From: Bispira polyomma
Taxonomy: Eukaryota
Length of the DNA stretch: 64,000 bases
NCBI GenBank assembly: GCA_965649765.1
Contig: OZ287752.1
Coordinates: forward strand, 13,082,001-13,146,000
Reading direction: 5' to 3'
Shown: piece after piece, positions 53,201 through 64,000 of the stretch
Numbering within the stretch: the stretch's first letter is position 1
Layout of the letters: the number at the start of each line of letters is the position of its first letter
The notes under the pieces: model-generated
Seen by the model: only the letters and a program-made list of their open reading frames with translations
What the model was told of the DNA's origin: nothing
The model's database searches: none
Translations under genes and position numbers: made by a program

Positions 53201-56200
53201 ATGGGACTGGAAGCGGTATCTACTTCAGTGCTCGTTGAGGGGTCTGTAGGTCCAACCGTTGTAGTCGTCGTAGTCGTAGTCGTCGCACTGTTGCCTGCTT
53301 GGTATAGATAAAGCAAAAAAAAATAAGGTTGAACTTTGTAACAGTGTGTTATAACTGAGTAAAGGTTAATTAGCTCATTAAACACTCAGTATTCATGTGT
53401 TTCCCCTTTAGCTCAACTGTTAGCATACTAGAATAATAACATGCCATGACAACCCAGGCGCAAATCCAGGCAGTGGTAAGCCTTTTGAAAAGTTTTTCAG
53501 CAGAGCGGAGTCATTTATGTTGTTTACATGGTGGAGAAAAATTGGAAATAATATAATAAAAAACAATTACATAGACTACTGCCGGCCTGCACGACACTAC
53601 ACCACACAGCAATTGGCCTTGAGATACCAAAACCAAATCACAAATACCAAAACATAGCTCTTTGTTGAGTGTTTTGTCATGATGAGGGCAAAAAAAGGTA
53701 TGCTGGACAGAAATTTGAAGTACATCCAGTGTACAATTTCTAGGGCCCCCTTTTCTAAAGGTTACAAAAAAAAAAAAAAAAAAAAATTGGCCTTCGGAGA
53801 AAACTATAAAAAAAACTGTTGCATCGTTAGGTTACCCCATGTAGTATTTAGCAAAATCATTAGGATTGTGTAGTGTTATGCCGTGATTGATGTGAATAGT
53901 ACTGCGGTGCTGTGACGTGTTGTCCCCTGTACTGTGGTGCAGTGTAGTGTCGTGTAGGCGGGGGTGGTAAAGGCCTTTAGAACTGTACACCTACCTTCAG
54001 TGGTGCCTGTGGTGTGCACTGTGGTGACATCACTGTTTGTGGTTGTGGTGACTATGGGAGTGGAAGCGGTATCTACTTCAGTGCTCGTTGAGGGGTCTGT
54101 AGGTCCAACCGTTGTAGTCGTCGTAGTCGTAGTCGTCGCACTGTTGCCTGCTTGGTATAGATAAAGTAAAAAAAAAGAAGGTTGAACTTTGTAACAGTGT
54201 GTTATAACTGAGTAAAGGTTAATTAGCTCATTAAACACTCAGTATTCATGTGTTTCCCCTTTAGCTCAACTGTTAGCATACTAGAATAATAACATGCCAT
54301 GACAACCCAGGCGCAAATCCAGGCAGTGGTAAGCCTTTTGAAAAGTTTTTCAGCAGAGCGGAGTCATTTATGTTGTTTACATGGTGGAGATCAGCAGAAA
54401 AATCCCCCCTCTCATAAGCCAAGCAAGTTAGTAGAGTTAACGTGGTAGTAGTATAAAACCTGAGGACAGGTCTTTGCAAGGGAGTGGCATCGAATATCCG
54501 TGTATATCAGCGCATTAAACACTCAGGCTTCTGGGTTTCCCCTTTAGCACAACTGTTAGTCAACAAGACTATTAATCTCAAGATCCATGACAACCCAGGA
54601 TCAAATCCCAGCAGTAACAAGTCTCTTTATATGTTTACAGCAGAGCCAAGTTATTTCTGTTGTTTATAATTGTACCAAAAAGCATCACACTTTTGGAAAT
54701 CGATTGAGATCGCTGAATCAAGACAAATTCAAATACAGCGCATATTAGATTTACAGTTCATATAATTTTGTTTGGAATAGCCTGTCAGAGTGATGATATA
54801 AGTTTTGATAATAATTATAACTACTTAACTATTCTGTTAAAGGGTGAATGGTGTTTTAAAACAATAGAAAAAGTAAAAAACAAAACAAATATTTTTCTTT
54901 GAAATAAAAACATGAATTAAAACAATATGTGTAACCTCTAACAAAAATGTGACTCTACAAAACACACAAAACATTTTGGATGGGGATCGAATTCTACAAA
55001 GTCCTTCATGTGAGAAAGTTCTTCATGTGCTTGCCGTCGGTTGGTGGTTTACAGTGCTCAAGCACTGGTTTCCCCCACCACTGATCCCAAATAAATTGGA
55101 AATTTGAAAGTATATATCGATTTCTTAATTTGGTATTTAGAGCAGCTAATTAACCCTTTCGTGACTGTTAATGTTAATGTTAATATTTTTACTTCTATAA
55201 CGCCACAATCGATGACCAAGCATCCTCTGTGGCGCATATCCTATTAAGTATGCAATCTAATCTAATCTAATCTAGTCGTACTTTTATAGCGCTTAATCTT
55301 TGTACAACAAATTCTAAGGCGCAACAAACCCAAAACGTTAATCGAAAATCAAAAATAGTGGGCGGATGGAAGTCGTAACCAGGGAGACTACCGTAAATGG
55401 TTGCGACAGCTAAGGTGGAAAAGCCTATTCAAAAAGATAGGCCTTCAGCTTACTCCTGAAAGAGGAGAAAGTTTGAGCCAGGTGAACATGATCAGGTAGG
55501 TTGTTCCAAATGAGGGGGCCATCATGAGCTAGGCAGTGATTGAACTGAACTTTGGATTTGTGGATGCGAGGGTCAAAAGTGGGAATGTTAAGGTATAATT
55601 TATCAGGGTTACTGCGCCTTGTCCTGACTGAGCATGTATATTTGGATAGATGGGGGCTAAAATAAGTGGGTAATCCAGAATTTAGAAATTTATATATTAT
55701 TGTTGCTGTTTTGAAAGCAACACGATATGTTATTGGGAGCCAGTGCAGTGACTTGAGTACAGGAGTAATGTGGGAAAATTTAGAAGTTTTGGTCACAATA
55801 CGTGCCAATGAGTGTTGGATATTCTGAAGGCGTCTGAGATCACTACGAGATAAGGAACGGAACAGAGAGTTGCAGTAATCAAGCCTGCTGCTGACCAAAG
55901 CATTGGCAACAGTGATTGCAGTGGATTTGGAAAGATAGCGTCGAATCCGCCTGAAATCACGGAGGCCAACAAAACATGATCTACACACCAATGCGACATG
56001 GTTAGAAAAGGAGAATTCAGAGTCGAACACCACACCCAGGTTTCGTACTTTGTCAGCTGGAAAAAACCTGCTGCCAAGAATGTCAAGTGGAAAACAGCTG
56101 GACAATTTTTCCCGTTGCGACTTGGAGCCAAACAAAATAAACTCAGTCTTCTCAGGGTTCAGCTTGAGTTTATTTGCTGCCATCCAGTGTTGTACATCAA

Positions 56201-59200
56201 CAAGGCAGTTCTGTAAGGAAGTGAAAGCTGCCTGGGCAGAGGCAGGTGTAAGGTGGATGTACAGTTGGGTATCATCAGCATAGAAGTGAAAGTTTATGTT
56301 TTTGTATACAGCAATAATCTTGCTGAGTGAAGTGGTGTACATGGAAAACAAAATGGGACCCAGGACGGAACCTTGGGGAACACCAAATTTTAACCATGTT
56401 GGGTCGGATAAGATATTGCCAATTTTGACTGATTGGAATCTATCAGACAAATATGCCGTGAACCACTTAAGCGCCATACCGCTGATACCGAACCAAGACG
56501 ATAGGCACCCAAGAAGAACTTTGTGATCAATAGTATCAAAGCCTGCTGACAGATCCAGCAGTACTAAGGCAGTAGGCATACCTTTGGATAAAGATGTATG
56601 AACATCATTTTTGATGCAGAGAAGTGCAGTCTCAGTAGAATGGCCACTTTTATACGCTGACTGATACTTATTGGACAGATTGCTGACGTCAACATGTTGT
56701 TTGATCTGTAAGGCAACCGCGCGTTCTACCAACTTAGAGATATAGCAAAGGCCTGAGACAGGACGGTAATTTTTCAAGTCAGCCTTTGGAAGAGAAGGTT
56801 TTTTTATTAAAGAAGTGACAATGGCCTTTTTAAAATCATCTGGAAAGACCCCATTTATCAACGAGAGGTTGATAAGTTTTGTGATTGAGGGCAATAAAAT
56901 GTCAATACATTCTTTGACAAGGAATGTGGGCCACGGATCTAGCAAGCAAGATTTTACGGGTGATGCTAGTATAATTTTTCTGACTTCATCAACAGTTACT
57001 GTGGAGAAACAGTTGAAGACGGTTGGTGGGGCTGTTGGTAAAGGGGCATTTGGGGCAGCTAATGTAAAACCGTCACGGATTCTGGTAATTTTATCAGTGA
57101 AAAAAGTACTAAAAATGTTTGCCAGTGATTTGCTATTGGAATTTTCGGGTAGTATAGTCTGTTTTTTACGGTGGAGGGTGCTATTTAGTTTTTGCCAAAG
57201 TTTCTTCGGGTCACCCTCGCTTTGTGATATCATGTTGGCATAGTAGGCACGTTTTGAGTCATTTATAGTGTTGTTGCACCGGGTGATCCATTGGCGTAGT
57301 CTAGATCTATTTGTAGTAGTATGCAAGAGCATAGTGCAGTAGACGGAAAAAGATGAAAAAAGGTCGTGATCAGAGAATCAGTCGTGACCATCGTGACCAT
57401 CAGACGCAAGCTAGGGTAGAAAAGTGAGCTGATACAGATGTGTTTTAAGCCTTTTTGTGAAACCCATGATGCTCGTCTCAGTCCGAAGACTGGTAGGGAG
57501 GCTATTCCACTTAGCAGGTGCTGCAACTAAGAATGATTTTGAACCAGCTTGTTTTTTTTGGCAGGAAACCATAGGTAGAGAGACAATTGCCTTTGATGAG
57601 ATTGCTGAGAGACAGCATAGACTGTGACAGTTTTTGTTGTGACCTTGCCAGGGCGGGAGGAGTCTGGTGGGGCTCAGGTTGCTGTCAGGTCCAAAACAGA
57701 TTAGAAGAGAAAGTATTATAGTTACCATAAATATGAGCTTTATTCGCACGTAAGAAATACACACACAAAATGTTGTAATTTCCCGCCCGAGCTTCTGGCA
57801 TAGGCAGAACTTGCTTTATCTAATGAGGGAGGATAGCTGCTGAGTAAGATCTATATTTAGAGATGATAAATGTCTCACTGATGATTCTAGGAGAAAGGTA
57901 ATTAATGTTGTCCCTATGTTTGGGGGGTTGTTGACCAGTGCAATACCTGACAACACAGTCAACTGCATCAGTTACTGTCCTTTATCCCTAACTGAAGAAG
58001 AGAGAGGCTTGAGAAAGTCACCATTTACCAACGTCTCGCAAGGACCTATAGCCTGCTGCCACTGGGGAATAGGGACCGTGCGTGAAAGAGGACTTCCCCC
58101 ATTTTATGTGGTGTCATCCAAGCGACTAGGCACATGGGCATGTATACACATCTTGCCCCAAGGATGTTATACCAAAGAATAAGGTACAATAAAGAAATGT
58201 AAACTACAATACAATGTATGTGTGAAAAAAAGGTTCTCTGGCAAATATAAGTTTACAAGAAAACTGGATCGAACAAGCATAGTAAAAGCAGAATTACCCA
58301 TTAGAGATTCTTCTTATGAATGCAAAATTGATGAAAAGCTGGGCCAAAATTTTGGCAAAAGTTGTATGAAAATGTTTAAATGAAAACAAAATACGTCTCC
58401 ATACTATATATGTATATAGTTCAATTTGTTTGCTTTTTGTCAAAGCAAATATAATATAAATAATATAATGCATATGTTAGAATTGCTGTGTCATAGAGCC
58501 AGTAATGACTTAATATTTTATGTATTGTGTAGTCTAATTTTGTATTGTCTTTTGTCTCAAACAAAATAATGAATAAAAAAAAAGTTTATCTTCTCATATA
58601 TTTTTTGGCAATCTGCTCTATTTTAAGCTGTTACCTATAGAGAATTAGCTTCGAAACCATGTTTAGAAATGTATAACAAAATTGGGTTTTATGTACCAGA
58701 ATATTGTGTTTACGATTGATATGTTATATTAGCCACACGTTTCTGTGTGGAATTATTATGTAAAACCTGACACTAAAAGCTTGCAAATTCCTGGTAACTA
58801 CTACAGTTTTCATACGCATTTTTACAGGCGCCAGAACCACAAAAACACATAATTATTACGTCACAGTGGATAATACAAAGTTTTGATGGTCAGATCAAGT
58901 CATAAATATTACATGTGGTTTAGAGAATAACCCATGATAAGCCAAGGACATATTGTGCTCCAAACCATTGGCAGTAATGTTGTTTACAATTAATTGTTTG
59001 GCAGAATGGAAACAGCCAACTTTGATCTTGGACTTTTAAGTCTAATTGTCAGTGTGTGTTATGGTTGAATAAAACTTTCTCATTAAATGAGTATCTTCAT
59101 TAAAAATTGGGAAAATGCCGTCAGGCCCGAAAGTCATACTCAGCTGACCAAGGGTTCATATATCCCAGCATGACCCTCACAAACAGCTTATATTATGTTT

Positions 59201-62200
59201 ATTATACCAAAGCATTTTTTAGGATTTTTAATAAAGATACTCTACGTAAGTGAAATGGCCTGCTGCAGTGATATGGGGCCCCCCTATATCACATTTCATG
59301 TTATGTCACGTGATTGCACTTTAACCAGTAGGATTACTGGATTCGCCGCAAAGGTATAATTATTTAAATTATATTGCTATACTGTGTGGGGAACAACTTA
59401 ACTCTTTGTGCTGTTCCGACGCTGTAGTATCAACCACCAGATCGCTGTCTTTTACGGCCAAGTGGATTATAAAATACACTATATGTGTGTTAAAAAAGAT
59501 ACTCTGTAGTAGAAACAAGCCTACTTGGCGCGGGAGTGTCCCTGTTGCAAAGTCCGGCCGCAACCGTGGCCTCGGTGCTGTGTAGGTTGGCATAGTCATT
59601 GTACAGGAAGTAGTTCTGGCCCAGCACCCGGGGGTCAGAGGTCAGCTGCTGTATCTCATCCACGTCAACCGCCGAGGTCACTCCTATCACCAGCATGTCG
59701 ATGCCGGCGTTGTGTATGTCCTCGGCCTTTTGGATGGCGCTAGAAAAAGGTAGAAATACCATGAATGGATTTGTCAAGGCAAAAGCAAGACGTATTCATG
59801 CTCAAATCATGGTGAGAATGGTAATGCTTCTAATCACAAGGCAGTGCGTCTAACCACTAGCCAACTACATCTTTTTGTTACTTTTTTATACAAACAAACC
59901 ATTGCTAATACAGTACAGTAAACTCCCTTTTAAGTTGAACGAGAAGTCAAATTCCATTTGATGTAAAGAAATATCTGTATTCCGTCCAACAAAATCTACC
60001 CTTTGTTAAGGGAAAACCCTGCTTAAGTAGAGGTATTTATCCTGGTCCTTTGAGGATCAACTTGAAAGGGTTCAACTGAAATTAGGGGGGTGGGGGGGGT
60101 CTCTGTGCTGAAAAGGTAAGACTCTGGCTTCTCACCTCTGCAGGCGTGGGTTCCAACTGCTTGCCAACACAGACACAGGTTCTAGGAGTAACAAATACCC
60201 TCGGCTGAGACAGATATAACTAGACCTAGCGCATTGGAGAATCCTAGGTAGGAAGCACCCAAGCTGTGGCTACCCTCGTCTGACCTTAAAGGAGGGGTCC
60301 AAGGTCAAATCTGAACACAGCAGAAGATTCTCAGCCCATGATTACCTATAAGTTGGTTTCACATTGAAAACCTATAGGACCAATAATAAGCGAGTTATAA
60401 GCTCATTAAGTTTGGCTATTGTCATTTGACCTCGAAGAAGGGGCACAAGGTCAAACTTCACTACATCAGAAGACTCCCAGCCTACAAATTCATATAGGTT
60501 GCTTTTACATCTCAAAACTGTAGGACCAATAATAAGCGAGTTTTAAGCACTTTTAGGTTTAACTACCCTCGTCTGACCTTGACAGAGGGGCCCAAGGTCA
60601 AATCTGACGACATCAGACGAGTCCTAGCCCATGATTACCTATAAGTTGGTTTTACATTGAAAACCTCTAGGACCAATAATTAGCGAGTTATAAACACTTT
60701 TAAGTTTGGTTATCCTCGAAATGACCTTGAAGGAGGGGACCAAGGTCAAACTTGACCTCATCAGAAGATTCATAGCCCATGATTTCATATAGGTTGGCTT
60801 CACATACCAAACTTTTAGGACCAATAATAAGGGAGATATAGGCACTTTTAAAGTCAGCTATGTGGGGTACTTTAGCACTCTGTGGATGACGTTGAATGAA
60901 GAGCTTTAAGGTCAAATGTCTGCATGGTTGTAGAGGACATATATATGTGTTATACATATCACCTATGAAGATTTTCAACCTTCTAGTTACGAGAACCAGC
61001 CAGTAGAAAAAGATAGATTGTTTTCAAAGAAATGCCTATGGCGGCCATCTTGTTTTTCAGAATGAGGCTAATTTCAGTGGTAGAGATGCTTACCTCCAAA
61101 TGAAGATATCCTGCAAATTTGGCTAAGCTAGATGGTCTAGTTTTTCGCTGAGAGTGTTAACGGTAAAAATCTCTCTACGGCCGCAACGACGGTGGCAGCG
61201 GCAGCGTAGCGAATGCTAAACCAAAGTATCCATCTCGGTGGATACAATAAACTACTGTGAACGGCTGTATATACCTTGTTTTATCCGCAGATGGCCCCGC
61301 CATAAGAAGTATGATGACATTGGGATTGGTACTCTTGTCATTGGAGCGGGGACTTTTGAGGTAGTAATCCAGGACCAGGGCTGTGTCCCTCCCGACCACA
61401 CCTAGGTAACTATAAAATAATATGATAAAATAGATTTTTAAACGTGGTTCATTGATGCCAGGCATGTTCTAAAGCACAACATCATCAACAAGGTTGCCAA
61501 AATCCTAGTTTGGGATGGGGGGGGGGGGGGGGGGGGTGATGTAAAGGAGAAAGATGTCTATGGATGGTAAGTGAGGGTGGGTCTTAAGGTTGCTTCTGAA
61601 ACATTTGGGGGTTTCCTGGTATCTTATATTGGCCCAATACATTGTTCTGTTATTGGCTTCATGTCAGTTTAGTTGCAACATTGAAACTGTGTGGACAGAG
61701 GCACATCTGTCGGATACAGACAAATAAACATACTTTATTAGAAGTATACTGCTGTGTATATAGACATTCAACCAACAGACCTGAGTAGTGTACAGCTACC
61801 ATGTTAGTTTACATGACAATACTTTACTGTGTCAGTTTGTGGCCGGTTGATCAAAAATGCCAACATTTTTGAGAGCTCCCGACACCTCATTGATGCATGT
61901 ATGTAAGACCTGAGAGCCCGGAAAAGTCGAACAAGGACCTCATTTGGAGTCACGCACCTGAGCTAACCCATAGTTTACATGAGTTGTGCCACACTCTCAG
62001 GAATTAGACAGAGATAAGTGCAACCAACACAGAGGGGATTTATCGAGAGCTGTGCAATTTACCTTCGCTTTGCATAATGTGGGTGTTTAATATTTTCAAG
62101 TATATCTTATTTAGTGTAAAACAATATAATACATTATTCTTTGCAATTTGCATTGTACGATGCTATGTATTTCTGCTCCCCATAGGTATCACAATCGCAA

Positions 62201-62508
62201 ATAGTGCAGCGCCTTCGTGTGTATAGAGACTTTTTTATATTATAATTTAATTATAAGAGGGACCTAATTACAATAACAACTCACACATGTTATTAAAATT
62301 TAAAAAAAAATCATATTTGTGGAGACATGGACATGACATTGCATAAACTCGGCTTAATGTGTGTGAGGGTAATTTAATTGGACAATGTTGGCTACAGAAC
62401 CCCAATTTACCGCATGTCGTCTAGTGCAGTCTGGCATCTTCTACTTGACGTTAGGTAATTGCCACTTGGGAGGAAGCTCGAGTGATACTGGATGAAGTTG
62501 ACCCTGGT
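44207..62508 (-). CDS. vWA - mucin-like stalk - TM - Cys-rich tail membrane protein, gene B (5' end outside the window)
   Basis: In-phase exons: 62411-62508, 61275-61409 and 59525-59739 (vWA); seven Thr-rich exons 53995-54147, 53142-53294, 52297-52443, 51451-51597, 50605-50751, 49761-49907 and 48911-49063; micro-exon 47666-47695 (GQTWNRALLI); TM/Cys exon 45522-45720; last exon 44207-44225 (RVGPES*). No stops or frameshifts were seen. Confidence 0.8.
48456..54389. repeat. Tandem array of seven ~847-bp exon+intron units
   Basis: Units start at ~48456, 49304, 50148, 50993, 51839, 52685 and 53536. They differ by scattered SNPs and by poly-A and Thr-codon length changes. Confidence 0.97.
55256..57325 (-). 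mobile_element. 5'-truncated L2/CR1-group LINE with an open RT ORF (55425-57332) and (TTAGA)n tail, intronic in gene B
   Basis: NYRPVSGL, LLDLSAGFDTIDH, GVPQGSVLGP, FYADDTQ; tctaatctaatctaatcta at 55256. Confidence 0.95.
57330..57560 (-). mobile_element. 3' fragment of a different L2-like LINE
   Basis: SFLVAAPAKWNSLPTSLR...FTKRLKTHLY...P*. Confidence 0.7.
60190..61250 (+). mobile_element. Non-autonomous modular element (HINE/pearl-like) with four ~147-bp internal tandem repeats and a 3' hairpin
   Basis: tgacct..aaggtcaaa units at 60281, 60427, 60574 and 60722; a GC-rich microsatellite-like tract at ~61176-61210; hairpin gtatcca-tctcgg-tggatac at 61226-61245. The family assignment is inferred. 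Confidence 0.65.
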
Positions 62509-63214
62509 CTGAAAGTATGATAGAAAACAACTAGCAAACAATTTTCAAATGTGAATTTAGTTGCGTCGCTTTCAAAAACAGCAGTTTTATTGTGGCGGCA
62601 GTCAGAAATTAATGGTGCAAAAAGACCAGGGCTAAAGCCACTGTCTAAACCACCAACTGACAGATTTACGAATCTTACAGAAGGTAATTAGAAATAAATA
62701 ACTATCCATATAAGTCTGACTTATGGCAAAAAAACTGTCAAACTTTCCTGCACGAAATAAATAAATGGCGATTCCAACCCACATTGGTGAGAAGCCAGTA
62801 ATTTATGAGCAAAGCGCTCCTGTCTACCAGGCCGCCGTGGCCCATAACATGCCAATGGTGTTATTTCTCTTAAAGTAGATACTAGTTTAGGTTTAATCTT
62901 AAAAACGTAGCACGAAAACTCTCTAGTGTCTACTGCCAACTTCCTCACAACCACACCCATACCAGGACTGAGGCTCCAAAAATTCACACAAATCAAGATA
63001 TAAGAGGCGAGTGTTTTACCTACTAAACACACCCCTGATCACAAAGGTTCTACAGTAAATTCATGCAAAAAAATAAATAAGTAATGAATATTTTTCTACT
63101 TGTAATTTGCATTTTGAACGTGCCTTATGAATTTGAGGCATTTGCTTAATACAACAACAGAATCTATTAACTATTCAAGATATCCCCCAAACATAGCCAA
63201 GTTTAGAAACTAAA

Positions 63215-63835
63215 GGGGATAAGCGAGTTTGAAGAGATAGGTTTTAAGCCGTTTTCTTAACCGAGAGAGTGTTTCAACTGAACTATGCTCAACTGGAAGA
63301 CCATACTCCTGAGAACACACACAGAGAAACACAGCAACACACAGAGAAACAAATCTAGATCCAGCCCTGTTGGTAGGTTTTATAGGAACAGTTGGTTATA
63401 TAGGAACAGAAAGTCTATTTCAACCTCTCTTAAGGTTGCATGAAGGAAAGGCGAGCAGTAAGATAGAAGGGGCTGTTGAGAGAGATAACAGCTTCACAAA
63501 AGAGTGTTTACGTAGATAATCAAACCAAATGCGATAGTCAATAGGAAGCCAATGGTAATTCAGTCTTATCTAATCAATTCCACAATGGCACTTAATCTTT
63601 GTACTAGCAGATTCTAAGGCACAAAAAATCATGTAATCATGTTATGGTGGACGGAAAAGGAGGTCATTACTAGGGAGGGAGTCGGTGATGGTGAGAAAAT
63701 GTGAGGAGGGATAAGCTTTTCATAGAGATGGGTCTTGGGCCTGCTTCTAAAATTAAAAGAGGTGAGTATCTAATATCTTATGGTAGGTCATTACATAACT
63801 TGGGTGCAGTGTATCAGAAACTACGATTGAATAAT
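63215..63835 (-). mobile_element. Two adjacent degenerate L2 3' fragments
   Basis: HWLPIDYRI...LRKRLKTYLF and APKLCNDLP...FRSRPKTHL remnants. Confidence 0.65.
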
Positions 63836-64000
63836 TTGTTAGGATTACCACAACAGGCATTGACTTGCTGAGAGTCAGGGGTACTCACAAACAAACACTC
63901 ACTAAACAACACTGCTACTCACTGTTGAAAAGCTAATCTGCAAGTTTGGCACAAGCACGAGATTGTAGAAGAACTGCTTTACCAGAGTGTCATTTGGTTG

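Noticed and set aside
48456-54389. ORF-track proteins beginning MFNELINLYS as seven separate genes, or a CRISPR-like array
   Set aside because: The ORF ends are intronic read-through around a spliced exon. The units are near-identical along their whole length, with no unique spacers and no cas genes.
55793-57526. Alternative-frame and antisense ORFs over LINEs and exons (e.g. 56815-57243, 15111-15410, 22784-23137)
   Set aside because: These are shadows of real coding sequence with no independent motifs.

Overview
AT-rich, intron-containing animal DNA, probably from a lophotrochozoan invertebrate (inferred from the repeat content). It is not prokaryotic. All exon models were built by hand from GT-AG sites and reading frame. 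The window holds two tandem families of cell-surface genes, all on the minus strand, within a dense transposon landscape. (1) About 0.4-23.6 kb: three paralogous copies of an immunoglobulin-superfamily receptor gene. The architecture is signal peptide, V-set Ig, four further Ig domains, two FN3 domains, TM, and a short tail with ITSM/ITIM-like tyrosine motifs (TTYENV, AEYTDL, VTYETI). Copy 2 (10344-16194) has all 11 exons but carries an in-frame TAG in a skippable FN3 exon. Copies 1 and 3 are rearranged relics, and the array appears to continue to the left of the window. (2) About 31.3-62.5 kb: two paralogous vWA-domain genes. Gene B encodes vWA, a Thr-rich stalk built from seven near-identical ~847-bp exon+intron repeats, a TM helix and a 12-Cys tail ending RVGPES; its 5' end lies beyond the window. 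Gene C has an in-frame TGA and a frameshift. Mobile elements include several L2/CR1-group LINEs (two form a ~1.65-kb inverted repeat; one has a degenerate 2A-like peptide), a DIRS-type fragment, a THAP-DDE ISL2EU/Harbinger-like transposase with a convergent PHD finger, a solo LTR, tRNA-derived SINEs, MITEs and a HINE/pearl-like element with 147-bp internal repeats.
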